Assembly: GCA_965279565.1 (NCBI GenBank)
Contig: OZ257249.1
Span: forward strand, 791,850-855,849
Origin: Tagaea sp.
GTDB lineage: Bacteria; Pseudomonadota; Alphaproteobacteria; CACIAM-22H2
Length of the DNA stretch: 64,000 nt
Direction of reading: 5' to 3'
Part shown: one piece after another, positions 21,061 to 31,010 of the stretch
Layout: each line of letters begins with the position of its first letter
Position numbering within the stretch: position 1 is the stretch's first letter
Made by a program: the position numbers and the translations under genes
Notes under the pieces: model-generated
Seen by the model: the letters and a program-made list of their open reading frames with translations, nothing else
Told to the model about the DNA's origin: nothing
Databases searched by the model: none

Positions 21061-22572
21061 CTATCGGTGGCGGCCGAGAGCCGCCGCCAGCCGGGCTTCC
21101 GTGGCGCCGATCAATGGCTTGGGGTCCGGGGCGTCGGCCCAGGGCGGGGCTCCCTCGCCATGCAGGAAGGAGTCGGTCCGGAACGAGGCGAGCCGCAGCG
21201 GGTCGAGCAGCCGGCCGGTCACGGCAAGGGCCACGATGGCCGCATCGACGGGCACGCCGGTCGCAAGCGCCGACGTGCGCACCGCGCCCTGCCGCTCGGA
21301 AGTGACCTCGACGATGGCGAATTCGTCGCTGTCGGCCCCGAAGACGATCCGGTCGAGATCGGCCGGATCGGGGACCAGCCGGTGGATCAGGCCGTTATCC
21401 TGCGTGTCGTAGGTCGGCTGCAGGCTCAAAGGCCAGACGGCGCGCGAGACCCACATCGGGCTTGGCTGCAACGCGCGCAGCCGCAGCCCCGCGGGATCGG
21501 CGAACAGGAACAGCGTGGCGTGGCTCGGGATCGACGGCCTGTCGGCGCGCACGACCATGGCCGCCGAGCGCGGATGCATGTGCTCGAAGGCCAGCGACAT
21601 CAGCCGGCGCGGTGCGACGGCGGCATGCCCGGCGAGTGCGGCGGCGACCGGCTCCAGCTTCGCGCTGAAGGCCTGCGTGCAGAAGGCAAGCGCCCCGCGT
21701 TCGCCCGTGTGCCGCAGGAATGCGAGTGCCCCGTCGGCATAGACGAGATCGGCATGCAGCAACGCCAGATCGCAGCCCTGCATCTTCGCCGCATGGAAGG
21801 CCAGGATCTGGACCGGGCCATACACGTCGATGGCCGGATTGTTCGCAAGCGCTGCCGCCGGAATTTCGACATGCACGCGCCGGACGAGCGCATCGAGCCT
21901 TGCGATGGCCGGATCGGCTTCGAGACGTGCGCGAAACGCCGCATCGCCGATCATCAGCAGGCAGGCCCGCTTTCCTTCGACGAGGGCGGGCAGGTTGCCG
22001 GGTGCCAGAAGTGTTGGCATCGTCAGTTTCGCGAAAATGTCGGCGAACCCCTCGCCCCACGCCACGCAGGCGAGCAGCAGGTCGGTGTCGGCCGGCAGTT
22101 TCCTGGGCACGTCGCGGCAGGCGATGTCGAGCCAGTCGAGCAGGTCGGCATGATGCCCCCCGCCGGGCACGACGCGCGCGAAGCCCGACGCCAGCGCAAG
22201 CGCGCCCGCACGCTGCGCCGAATACGCCGCCTGCATGCGAAGCTCCGGCGTGGCGCCGGCAAGCGCACTCGGTCGGGCCGCGAGCCGTTCGAGCACCTCG
22301 CGCGCCAGCACCGGATCGTTGGCCGCGAGGGCCGCGTGCGCGTGGCGGATCGCGACGATCGCGATGTCCGGAACGAGCGCGCCCAGCCGCGTCCAGTGCG
22401 TCAGGCAGTCCGGCGACAGGGCCGACTCCGCCGCGTTCGCGGCGAACCACAGCGTCGCGGGATCGAGCGGAGCCATCGCGAGCGCCGCGCGCGCCGTCTC
22501 GAACGCCGCGTCGATCTCGCCGCGCGCGAGCTGCGCGCTGCCCAGCTCGACGAGTCCGGCCGCGTCGGCCAC
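21061..22572 (-). CDS. Hypothetical protein: N-terminal TPR-like region plus uncharacterised C-terminal domain (last gene of sugar cluster)
   Basis: GTG start 7 nt after the methyltransferase stop; Ala-rich helical repeats, then 'CVAWGEGF..F....[10 protein letters not shown]' and '[11 protein letters not shown]'. Confidence 0.65.
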   Translation of the reverse strand: MADAAGLVELGSAQLARGEIDAAFETARAALAMAPLDPATLWFAANAAESALSPDCLTHWTRLGALVPDIAIVAIRHAHAALAANDPVLAREVLERLAARPSALAGATPELRMQAAYSAQRAGALALASGFARVVPGGGHHADLLDWLDIACRDVPRKLPADTDLLLACVAWGEGFADIFAKLTMPTLLAPGNLPALVEGKRACLLMIGDAAFRARLEADPAIARLDALVRRVHVEIPAAALANNPAIDVYGPVQILAFHAAKMQGCDLALLHADLVYADGALAFLRHTGERGALAFCTQAFSAKLEPVAAALAGHAAVAPRRLMSLAFEHMHPRSAAMVVRADRPSIPSHATLFLFADPAGLRLRALQPSPMWVSRAVWPLSLQPTYDTQDNGLIHRLVPDPADLDRIVFGADSDEFAIVEVTSERQGAVRTSALATGVPVDAAIVALAVTGRLLDPLRLASFRTDSFLHGEGAPPWADAPDPKPLIGATEARLAAALGRHR

Positions 22573-22579
22573 CGGACGC

Positions 22580-23797
22580 CTAGATCGCCGCGAAGGGCAG
22601 GATGATCTGCTCGGGGTTGAGCTCGCTCGCACGGCGCATCAGCACGCGGCCATAGTCGGGCCCCGTGATCATGATGGCCGAGTTCTCGATGTCCATCTCG
22701 GGCTTGGGCTGGCGCGTCTGCACCGGGAAGCCGGGATAGTACTTGCCCGTGCGCGCGGGATTGTCGTCGAGGATGCATTCGAGGAACGACACGTCGCCGC
22801 CCATGAAATAGGCGAGGCTCGGGAAGTTCTGCGCCGCCCCCAGCCCGTAGACCTTGCGCGGCCGCGCGCAATCGACCGCCTTTTTGGCGCTGGCGAGATG
22901 TGCATCGAAGATCGCCTTGCGCTCGCGCACGAGGTTGATGTCGGCGCGGCGGAACGACGGCGCCTCGCTCTTTCCGGGTCCCTTGCGGAACGCCATCATG
23001 ATCGCACCCCAGATGCGGTAGAGCACGCTGTGCGCGACATAGACGCCGCCCGCGTTCTCGATCGTGCGGCGGAACGAATCCAGCGTCCATTGCTGGTAGT
23101 GCTGGTGGGAAAGCTGGTCGAAGCGGCAATTGTCGAGCAGCATGTCGGTGCCCGGCACCTTGATGACGAACAGCGCGTCGTCGTCGACGATCTCGAACAT
23201 GCGGCGCAGCACGCTGCGCGGGTCGCGGATATGCTCGAACACGAAGGACGACACGATCAGGTCCGGCTTGCCGCCGAGCTGGGTGTCGAAATCGACGTTC
23301 TCGACGAAATCGCCGATGCATTTGACGCGGCCGGCCATCTCGGGCGGCAGGTCTTCGGTGAAGCCGGACTCGCGCCCGCGCCACACCGGATCGATGCCCG
23401 TCGCGGTGTCGCCGATCTCGATCAGCTGGCGCAGCAGGAACGCGTCGTTGCAGCCGACCTCGATGATGCGCTTGAACTTCCGCCCGCCGGCGAGCGACTT
23501 CACGTAGTTCGCGAAGGCCGTGTTGCTGGCCGAGGCCGACGCGCTGTTCGACGTGCGATGCGTGAAGGATTCGTCGTAGAGGAACGACGGATCGACATTG
23601 TTGTGGAGCTGGATGTGTCCGCACGCGGCGCACACCATCAGCGCCTGGTCGACCGGCGGGAATTTCGCATTGTCCGGCGTGTCGCGATAGAGGCCGATCT
23701 GCGGGAATTTCGGCATCGCGAAGGCCTGTTCGAGATTGGCCGAGCCGCAGCACGAGCATTCGGTTTGCGGTCTGTACATCGCCTTTGCCATGGTCAT
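22580..23797 (-). CDS. NDP-sugar C-methyltransferase family (Zn-binding N-terminus, class I SAM domain)
   Basis: 'CSCCGS...CAACGHIQL', 'IIEVGCNDA', 'VFEHI', 'HQHY', 'YGLGAA', 'DDNP..GKY.PG'. Confidence 0.82.
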   Translation of the reverse strand: MTMAKAMYRPQTECSCCGSANLEQAFAMPKFPQIGLYRDTPDNAKFPPVDQALMVCAACGHIQLHNNVDPSFLYDESFTHRTSNSASASASNTAFANYVKSLAGGRKFKRIIEVGCNDAFLLRQLIEIGDTATGIDPVWRGRESGFTEDLPPEMAGRVKCIGDFVENVDFDTQLGGKPDLIVSSFVFEHIRDPRSVLRRMFEIVDDDALFVIKVPGTDMLLDNCRFDQLSHQHYQQWTLDSFRRTIENAGGVYVAHSVLYRIWGAIMMAFRKGPGKSEAPSFRRADINLVRERKAIFDAHLASAKKAVDCARPRKVYGLGAAQNFPSLAYFMGGDVSFLECILDDNPARTGKYYPGFPVQTRQPKPEMDIENSAIMITGPDYGRVLMRRASELNPEQIILPFAAI

Positions 23798-24678
23798 GCG
23801 TCCTTCGCAGGTAGGGGGGCCGGTGCGACCGACCGGTCGCGGGCAACACGCCGGCCGCGCTCGAGCTTGGCGCGCCGGTAGTCGAGGTCGCTGGCGGGCA
23901 TCGCGGTCGCGTAGCCCATCAGCGGTCCAAGTACTGGATCGTCGGCCCAGCGGCCGGCGAGCAGCTTCGGATAGTCGACATTCTGGCGAATCAGCGGAAC
24001 CGTATAGATCGTCACGACCGTGTGGCGCGTGTCCGGCCCCGGATTCGGCTCCGTCCGGTGGAAGATCGCCGAATCGATCAGCAGCACGTCGCCCGGCGCG
24101 CAGGTCGCGCGCACTGCGCGCGCATTCGCATACTCGAAGGTCGGGAACTTCTCGAAGCGGTGCGAGCCGGGCAGCAGCGACGGACCGCCATTCTCGGCCC
24201 GGCTGCCGTCGAGCATCGCGAGGGCCGAAAGCGAGACCGGCCGCGATGTCGTGAAATCCTGGTAGCTGTGGTCGCGATGCCACACGCCTGCCCCGTGCGC
24301 GAGGCCCGGCACGTTGACGACGACGCGCTGCAGGTTGAGCTGCACGATCGCGCCGAGGAAATGGCGCGCGACGGCGAGCACGTCGGGCAACGCCGCCGGT
24401 TCGACGAAGCGCTCTTCGCGCAGGAACGGACTGCGGCTCACGCCCTCGTCGCCGATGCGCTTCATGTTCTCAGGCCCGCCGATCTCGGCGGTCTCGGCGG
24501 CGAGCAGGCCGGGGATGGCCGCGCGCATCGCCGCGCAGTTCTTCGCCGAAAGCTGCGCGGGCAGGATCGCCCAGCCGTCGCGCTCGATCGATTCGACCGC
24601 AAGGCGCAGATGCGGCGCGACCGACGGATATTCCGCCTGCGGGGCACCTGGAAACAGGATGTCGTCCGTCCTGTTCAT
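23794..24678 (-). CDS. Phytanoyl-CoA dioxygenase family Fe(II)/2OG oxygenase
   Basis: 'WHRD', 'ENGG..LLPGSH', 'GDVLL.DS..FH...N...R'. Confidence 0.85.
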   Translation of the reverse strand: MNRTDDILFPGAPQAEYPSVAPHLRLAVESIERDGWAILPAQLSAKNCAAMRAAIPGLLAAETAEIGGPENMKRIGDEGVSRSPFLREERFVEPAALPDVLAVARHFLGAIVQLNLQRVVVNVPGLAHGAGVWHRDHSYQDFTTSRPVSLSALAMLDGSRAENGGPSLLPGSHRFEKFPTFEYANARAVRATCAPGDVLLIDSAIFHRTEPNPGPDTRHTVVTIYTVPLIRQNVDYPKLLAGRWADDPVLGPLMGYATAMPASDLDYRRAKLERGRRVARDRSVAPAPLPAKDA

Positions 24679-26435
24679 GGCAGCGGAGGCACGATCATGT
24701 TGCCCGCGAACTCGGCGCGGTCGAGCAGCGGGGCCGTGTCCTCGATCGGGCGGCCGCCGGTCACGGCCGGACGGATGCGCGCGGCGGGGTCAATCTCGAT
24801 CACGCACAGGCCCGGGCCCGGTTCGCGCGCGAACGCGGCAAGACCGTCGGCGAGTGCCGCCTGCGTGGCGATGCGGCGCGCCGGCACGCCGAAGGACCGC
24901 GCCATCGTCTCGAAATCCGGATCCATCAGGCCCGTACGCGGCGTCGTCGCGTGGTAGCGCGAGTCGAAATAATCTTCCTGCGTCTGCTGGATCACGCCGT
25001 AGCCGTGGTTGTTGAGCACGACGACCTTGACAGGCAGGCCGTGCACGGCGAGTACGCCCAGTTCCTGTATGTTCATCAGGATGCCGCCGTCGCCGTTCAG
25101 CGACCAGACGGTGCGCCCGGGATTGCGCAATGCGGCACCCGCCGCAGCCGGCAGCGCATAGCCCATCGTGTGGTTGTTGAACGACGTGACCAGCGTCTGG
25201 TCGGGCTTGACGCGCCAGGCCTGGAACATCCAGCTCAGCGTGGCGCCCACGTCGCCCAGCACGATGTCGCCGGGCTTCGCGACCTGCGAAAGTGCGAGGA
25301 TCGCGGCGTAGGGATCGATCCCGTTCGCCGATGCGGGGCCGGGTGCGACCGGATAGCGCTGGCGCCACTGCGCGATGCGCGCACGCCACGGGGCATAGTC
25401 CGGAAGTGTCGCCTTCGCGCGCGCGACGGCGTCGAGGAACGCGGCAGCATCGGAAGCGACAGCGAGATCGATGCCCAGCCCGATCGCCGGGAACTTGCCC
25501 AGCTCCGCCGGATCGACATCGACCACGATGCGTTTCGCACCGCGCGCGAAGGTGCCGGCCGGCGTGCCGGTCTGGTGCTGCGTGAAGCGCACGCCGAGCC
25601 CGATCACGCAGTCGGCGTTCTGCACCGCGAAATTCCCGCCGCGCGGGCCGTGCAGGCCGAAGCCGCCGGCATTGAGCGGATGGTCGAAGGCGAGCGCGTC
25701 CTGCCCGCCCCACGTCGTCAGGACGGGGATGCCGAACTTCCCGGCGAAGGCGACGGCCGCCTCGTGCCGCCGGCCATAGCGCAGCCCGCCGCCGAGCACG
25801 AGTGCGGGGCGCTGCGAACCGCGCAGCAGATCGAACATCCGTGCTGCGGCTGCGTCGAGATCTGGGCCGGGGGCTGGGGCCGGTGCGACATAGCTTTCGA
25901 GCGCATCGGGATCGATGTCGGCGCGCTGCACGTCGTCGCAGAAATCGAGGAACACCGGGCCGGGCCGGCCTTCGAGCGCGATGGCGACGGCCTTCTCCAG
26001 CTCGTAGCGCACGCGCGACTTGTCGACGACCGTGTTCGCGTATTTCGTGACCGGGCGCAGCAGGTCGGCATGCGGCGATTCCTGGAAACCGAGCTGGCGC
26101 ACGCCCAGTTCCTTGGCCTTGTAGCGCGCGGTCGTGACCTGCCCGCCGAGGAACAGGCCCGGCAGGCTGTCGTAGTAGAGACAGGCCACACCGTTGACGA
26201 GATTCATGATGCCGGGGCCGGTCGTCGCGACGGCGCAGCCGAAGCCTTCGCCGCGCGCCGCATAGCCGTGTGCGGCAATCGCACCGGCCTGCTCGTGGCC
26301 CACGCAGACATAGCCGATGTCGTTGCGCTTGCCGACCGAGTCGATGATGTGGGCGACGGCCCCGCCCTGCACGACGAAACAATGCCGGATGCCCTGCCGG
26401 GCGACGAATTCTGCGATGTAATCCGAGACCTTCAT
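24675..26435 (-). CDS. ThDP-dependent acetolactate-synthase-like enzyme (YerE-like sugar-branching carboligase)
   Basis: 'HEQAG', 'TTGPG..N', 'GQV....RQLGFQE', 'GRPGPV', ThDP motif 'GDGG..(N)..LNN'; sugar-cluster context. Confidence 0.8.
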   Translation of the reverse strand: MKVSDYIAEFVARQGIRHCFVVQGGAVAHIIDSVGKRNDIGYVCVGHEQAGAIAAHGYAARGEGFGCAVATTGPGIMNLVNGVACLYYDSLPGLFLGGQVTTARYKAKELGVRQLGFQESPHADLLRPVTKYANTVVDKSRVRYELEKAVAIALEGRPGPVFLDFCDDVQRADIDPDALESYVAPAPAPGPDLDAAAARMFDLLRGSQRPALVLGGGLRYGRRHEAAVAFAGKFGIPVLTTWGGQDALAFDHPLNAGGFGLHGPRGGNFAVQNADCVIGLGVRFTQHQTGTPAGTFARGAKRIVVDVDPAELGKFPAIGLGIDLAVASDAAAFLDAVARAKATLPDYAPWRARIAQWRQRYPVAPGPASANGIDPYAAILALSQVAKPGDIVLGDVGATLSWMFQAWRVKPDQTLVTSFNNHTMGYALPAAAGAALRNPGRTVWSLNGDGGILMNIQELGVLAVHGLPVKVVVLNNHGYGVIQQTQEDYFDSRYHATTPRTGLMDPDFETMARSFGVPARRIATQAALADGLAAFAREPGPGLCVIEIDPAARIRPAVTGGRPIEDTAPLLDRAEFAGNMIVPPLP

Positions 26436-26490
26436 GGGATTCTCCCGAAGCGGTCCGCAGGATGCCACAGATGCGCGGATTCTGGCCAGT

Positions 26491-27300
26491 TCACGGCGCA
26501 AGCCCCTTCCGGCGCAGCTTGAAAAGGTCGCGGTCGGCGCGCAGGGCGGTGGCCAGTGCCGCCCCGCCGTCGCGCCACGGGTCGTGGACGACCGACACGT
26601 TCCGACCGCCGATCACGGCCCGGTCCTGCGCCCGGCACCATTCGAGGCACGCGAAGATTTCGTCCATCGACGTGCCCGGCGTGCCCATGAAGTCCTTCGT
26701 CTTGCGCAGGTTGTCGCCGGCCTTCGCGCCGGCTTCCAGCGTCGCCCGGTGCAGCTTCGAGTCGACATAGCCGGGACCGAGGATGAAGCATTTGAGGTCC
26801 GCGATCTCGTCGTCGAGCAGCTCGCACATCTTGATCAGCGCCAGCTTCGACACGGCATAGGCCGAATAGTTGCGGAACGGATTGTTCGTCCCTCCGCCGG
26901 CGAAGAACGCGGCCGACGCGATGGAACCCGCATCGCGCAGCGCATGCATCCGCTGCAGCACCCGGCACGGCAGGAACGCGTTGCGGTCGATCGCCGCCTG
27001 CCATTCGGCCCCGTCGAGTTCGAGGAACGGGCCGACCGGGGCAAGATCGCCGGTCGCCGCGACGAACAGGTTCCAGCGCCAGCCCGTCGCCGCGAACGCG
27101 ACCGCCGCCACCTCGAACGTGCTGGGCCGGTCGAGATCGAGCGGGAACGCGCGGAAGGCGGCGTGCTTCGCGAACCTGTCGAGCGCGCCCGGCCGGCGAT
27201 AGGTCGCCGCGACCTGCCAGCCGGCGGCGAGATAGCGTTCGATCAGCGCCATGCCGATATCCGCACTGCCGCCGAGGATGAAGGCCGTCTGCGCCGCCAT
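26491..27300 (-). CDS. Short-chain dehydrogenase/reductase
   Basis: 'ILGGSADIG', catalytic 'YAVSK', 'GPGYV'. Confidence 0.85.
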   Translation of the reverse strand: MAAQTAFILGGSADIGMALIERYLAAGWQVAATYRRPGALDRFAKHAAFRAFPLDLDRPSTFEVAAVAFAATGWRWNLFVAATGDLAPVGPFLELDGAEWQAAIDRNAFLPCRVLQRMHALRDAGSIASAAFFAGGGTNNPFRNYSAYAVSKLALIKMCELLDDEIADLKCFILGPGYVDSKLHRATLEAGAKAGDNLRKTKDFMGTPGTSMDEIFACLEWCRAQDRAVIGGRNVSVVHDPWRDGGAALATALRADRDLFKLRRKGLAP

Positions 27301-28358
27301 CAGTACGGCCCCTTGAAGCCGGGGTCCGGCGTGTCGCGCCACGGCCCGTGCGGCGGTTCTTCGGCTGGCAGGCGGGCGGGATCCAGATCGAGAAGGCTTG
27401 CGACCGCGCGCTCGATATCGACGGCGCGCGGATAGAAGGCATCGGCCAGCGCCGGCGCCGTCGGCGACGGATAGTGCGGCAGGCCGATGCGGACGGGTGC
27501 GCGGCGCAGGCTCGCGAAGGCGCGCTCGGCGACACTCGCGGCGATCTCGGCGCCCGCACCGAACGCGATGGGGCCGGTATCGGCGACGACGAGATGGCCG
27601 GTGCGCGCGACGGACTCGCACACCGTTCGCGCGTCGAGCGGGACAAGCGAGCGCATGTCGACGACCTCGATCTCGATGCCGAGCGGGGCGAGGCGCTCGG
27701 CCGCACGCAGCGCTTCGATCACCATGTGCGACGTCGCCGCCACCGTCGCGTGCCGGCCGGCGCGCGCGATGCGCGCTTCGCCCAGCTTCGTTTCGTAGAG
27801 TTCCGCGGGCACGTCGCCGGAAATCCCGTAGAGCCAGCGATGCTCGACCAGCACGACAGGCGAATCGTCGCGGATCGCGGCGACAAGCAGTCCCTTGGCG
27901 TCGCGCGGGCTCGCCGGCATCGCGACCTTGAAGCCGGGCACATGCGCGAACCACGCCTGCAGGCTCTGCGAATGCTGCGGCCCCTGCCCCCAGCCGCGCC
28001 CGACGATCAGGCGGAACACGATGGGGGCGCGCAGCCGGCCGCCGTACATGAAGTGCCACTTGGCGACCTGGTTGACCATCTGGTCCATCGCCAGCACCGC
28101 GAAATCGACGCGCATATGCACGACGACCGGGCGGTACCCGTCGAGCGTGGCGCCGAGTGCAAATCCCGTCATCGCCTGTTCGCTCGACGGCATGTCCATG
28201 ACGCGCTCGGCGCCGAAGCGTTCGGCAAGGCCACGCGTCGTGCCGAAGATGCCGGTCGGCCCCGGCACGCCCGGCCCCATCACGCACACGCGCGGATCGT
28301 CGGCCAGCGCCTGTTCGAGCCCTTCGTGGATCGCCTGGGCGAAGGTGCGCATGCGCAT
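27300..28358 (-). CDS. Pyruvate dehydrogenase E1 beta-like subunit
   Basis: 'RFGAERVMDMP.SE', 'DQMVNQ.AK', 'GPQHSQ', 'DAKGLL', 'EVVDMRSL.PLD'. Confidence 0.9.
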   Translation of the reverse strand: MRMRTFAQAIHEGLEQALADDPRVCVMGPGVPGPTGIFGTTRGLAERFGAERVMDMPSSEQAMTGFALGATLDGYRPVVVHMRVDFAVLAMDQMVNQVAKWHFMYGGRLRAPIVFRLIVGRGWGQGPQHSQSLQAWFAHVPGFKVAMPASPRDAKGLLVAAIRDDSPVVLVEHRWLYGISGDVPAELYETKLGEARIARAGRHATVAATSHMVIEALRAAERLAPLGIEIEVVDMRSLVPLDARTVCESVARTGHLVVADTGPIAFGAGAEIAASVAERAFASLRRAPVRIGLPHYPSPTAPALADAFYPRAVDIERAVASLLDLDPARLPAEEPPHGPWRDTPDPGFKGPY

Positions 28359-28360
28359 GA

Positions 28361-29326
28361 TCAGGCCCGCCCGGGATGGACGAACGCGCCAAGCTCGCGC
28401 GGATCGGGCAGCGGTGCCGCGCGCGCCGCCGCGAAGGCGGCCTCGATCTCGGCCGCGATCTTCGCTTCGAGGGCGCGTTCCTGCGATTCGCCCGGCACGC
28501 CTTCGCGTCGCAGCCGTTCGATCGGGCAGCGCGCGCGCCAAGCATCGATCTCGGTCGGCGCGCGATAGCCGAGCGCGTCATCGGGATTGGGGCCGCAATG
28601 CTCGAGCCAGCGATAGGTCTCGAACTCCAGCAGGTACGGACCGTTGCCGCCGCGCACGTGTTCGAGTGCGACGGCTCCCGCCTGCCAGACGGCGGCCACG
28701 TCGTTGCCGTCGGCATGTGCGGCCGGCATCGCATAGGCCTTGGCCATGTCGGCGATCCGCCGGCCGGCGGGCTGGCGGCCTTCCATCGCCGAATGCACGG
28801 AATAGGCGTTGTTCTCGCACACGAAAAGTACGGGCAGCCGGCGCGCGGCGGCGAAGTTCATCGATTCGTGGAAGGCACCTTCCTCGGTCGCACCGTCGCC
28901 GAAGAAGACGACGCTGACGGAGCCGGACTTGCGCCACGTGGCCGACAGGGCCGCCCCCACCGCAATCGGAATCGTGCCGGCGAGGATCGGTGCTGAAGCC
29001 ACGAAGCCCGCGTCGAGGTCGATCAGATGCTGCGAGCCGCCGCGCCCGCGCGCACATCCGGTCTCGCGCCCGTAGAGTTCGGCCAGCATCGCGCCGAGAT
29101 CACCGCCCTTGGCCAGATAATGCCCGTGGCTGCGATGGCCGCTGAAGACGCGGTCGGTACGCGCAAGCTGCAGGCAGATCGCGGCGGGTACGGCCTCCTG
29201 CCCGATCGCGAAATGCACGGGGCAGCGCATCTCGCCTTCCGGATAGCGTGCGGCGATCGCTTCCTCGACGCGGCGGATGCGCAGCATCGACGCGAAGAGC
29301 TCGGGCAGCGGTGCGGCCCGGCCCAT
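28361..29326 (-). CDS. Pyruvate dehydrogenase E1 alpha-like subunit (ThDP)
   Basis: 'VHFAIGQEA', 'HRSHGHYLAKG', 'GRGGSQH', 'FFGDGATEEG.FHE..N', 'CENN', 'TYRW.EH'. Confidence 0.9.
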   Translation of the reverse strand: MGRAAPLPELFASMLRIRRVEEAIAARYPEGEMRCPVHFAIGQEAVPAAICLQLARTDRVFSGHRSHGHYLAKGGDLGAMLAELYGRETGCARGRGGSQHLIDLDAGFVASAPILAGTIPIAVGAALSATWRKSGSVSVVFFGDGATEEGAFHESMNFAAARRLPVLFVCENNAYSVHSAMEGRQPAGRRIADMAKAYAMPAAHADGNDVAAVWQAGAVALEHVRGGNGPYLLEFETYRWLEHCGPNPDDALGYRAPTEIDAWRARCPIERLRREGVPGESQERALEAKIAAEIEAAFAAARAAPLPDPRELGAFVHPGRA

Positions 29327-29329
29327 GCG

Positions 29330-30325
29330 TCAGCCCCGCAGCACGTAGTCGGTCGGCCAGTCGCGCAAGACATCGGCATATTGCCGTCCCCACGCGACCA
29401 TCTCGGCAAGGCCTTCGTCCCAGCCGATCTGCGGTGCCCAGCCCAGATCGCGCGCGATCGCCGAACTGTCGAGCCAGTACATCGAATCCTGCCCGAGCCG
29501 GTCGGGCGACATCTCGCACAGATCCTCGAACTTCATGCCAAGTGCCGTCGCCGTGCGCTCGACCACTTCGCGGATCGAGGTCGGCTCGGCCGGCCCGACG
29601 TTGTAGACGCGGCCCAGCGGGGCCCCTTCCGCCGTCAGCCGGATCGCGCGCGCGAGATCGCGTGCGTGCAGGTACGATTTCTTCGCGCGGCCGCCGCCAT
29701 GCAGCGGCAGGCGGTTGCCGGTCAGCGCGCACCAGACCGCCTTCGGGATCACGCGGTGCAGCAGCTGGCCGGGGCAGTAGCAGTTGCTCGGCCGCAGGAT
29801 GTTCATCGGGAAGTTCAGGAACTTGTGCGCGCTCAGCAGATACATGTCGAACGCGACCTTCGAGGCCGCATAGGGGCTCGTCGGCTTGATCGGCTCGTCT
29901 TCCGTCACCGCATGGTCGACGGCGCCGTACATCTCCGACGTGCCGATATGGATGAAGCGCTCGAGCCAGTCGCGCTTGGCAAGCTCCTCGGCGAGGCGCG
30001 CCAGCGCCATCGAGTTGGTCTCGAAGAAGCGCCACGAATGCTTCCACGAGACCGCGCCCTCGCCCTGAGCCGCGAAATTGACGATGACCTGCGGGCGCTC
30101 GCGATCGAGCAGTTCCATCAGCAGGTCGAACTCGTAGGTCACGTGGCGCGCGTGATAGGCGTAGCCGGCCCGCTTGTCGATGCCCAGCGAGAACGCCTCG
30201 GGCCGCAGCGGATTGCGGCCGATCCCGATCACCTTCGACGGCGAGGCGTGGTCGAGCAGATGGAACGCCGTATGGATCGCGAAGGATCCGCCGCCGCCGA
30301 GGATCGCGTAGCTCTTGCCGCTCAT
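29330..30325 (-). CDS. NDP-glucose 4,6-dehydratase-like extended SDR
   Basis: 'ILGGGGSF', 'NFAAQ', 'GTSEMYG', 'PTSPYAASK', 'DRLGQD'. Confidence 0.82.
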   Translation of the reverse strand: MSGKSYAILGGGGSFAIHTAFHLLDHASPSKVIGIGRNPLRPEAFSLGIDKRAGYAYHARHVTYEFDLLMELLDRERPQVIVNFAAQGEGAVSWKHSWRFFETNSMALARLAEELAKRDWLERFIHIGTSEMYGAVDHAVTEDEPIKPTSPYAASKVAFDMYLLSAHKFLNFPMNILRPSNCYCPGQLLHRVIPKAVWCALTGNRLPLHGGGRAKKSYLHARDLARAIRLTAEGAPLGRVYNVGPAEPTSIREVVERTATALGMKFEDLCEMSPDRLGQDSMYWLDSSAIARDLGWAPQIGWDEGLAEMVAWGRQYADVLRDWPTDYVLRG

Positions 30326-30353
30326 CGTCCCTCGCCCTCCGCGCCACGTTCGG

Positions 30354-31010
30354 TCACGCGATGATGGTCCAGCAATGGTCGCCCCCGTACCCCGCTTCTG
30401 CGAACAGGCGGCGCCATCCGTCGGGGCTGTCGTGCGTCTCGGCCGTCAGCACCCAGTCCTCGAATACAGCCTTCTCGGCCGCGTTTCGATAGGAATCGAC
30501 CCGCACGAAGGCGCGCCCGCCCGAAACGCGCTGGATCTCGGCGAGCGCGCGTACGGCACCGGCGCGCGGCAGGTTGTGGACGGTATCCAGCGCCAGCACG
30601 CAGGCGAACGCGCGCTCGGGAAAGGGGAGGAACTCGGCCGTGCCGCGCAGGAGCCGGCCGCGGCAGCGCGCATCCGCGTTCGCCAGCGCATAGGCCGAGA
30701 TGTCGAGACCGAACACCTCCAGCCCCGGGCACGTGTCGAGCAGGTCGCGCACGAGGAAGCCCTTGGCGCAGCCCACGTCGAGCACGCGGTCGCCGGCACC
30801 GAGCCTGTAGTGCGCAACGATATCGCGCGCCACCGGCACCCAGCGCCCGTCATAGCGGTAGCCGCCATAGCCGTAGGCGCGCGGCCCGTCGAAATACTCG
30901 CGCCCGAACTGCTTGGCGACACGCACGATCTCGTCCGTCTTGGTTTCGCGCCGCCCGGCGACATTGCGCTTTGTCTTCGGCAGGGAGCGCAGCAGGTCGA
31001 GCTCGGCCAT
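30354..31010 (-). CDS. Class I SAM-dependent methyltransferase
   Basis: 'YFDG.R.YGYGGYRYDGRW', 'VLDVGCAKGF', 'GLDIS.YA', 'LPFP', 'HNL'. Confidence 0.85.
   Translation of the reverse strand: MAELDLLRSLPKTKRNVAGRRETKTDEIVRVAKQFGREYFDGPRAYGYGGYRYDGRWVPVARDIVAHYRLGAGDRVLDVGCAKGFLVRDLLDTCPGLEVFGLDISAYALANADARCRGRLLRGTAEFLPFPERAFACVLALDTVHNLPRAGAVRALAEIQRVSGGRAFVRVDSYRNAAEKAVFEDWVLTAETHDSPDGWRRLFAEAGYGGDHCWTIIA

Noticed and set aside
27300-29326. Housekeeping pyruvate or acetoin dehydrogenase complex
   Set aside because: No E2 or E3 gene adjacent; embedded in and coupled to nucleotide-sugar genes.
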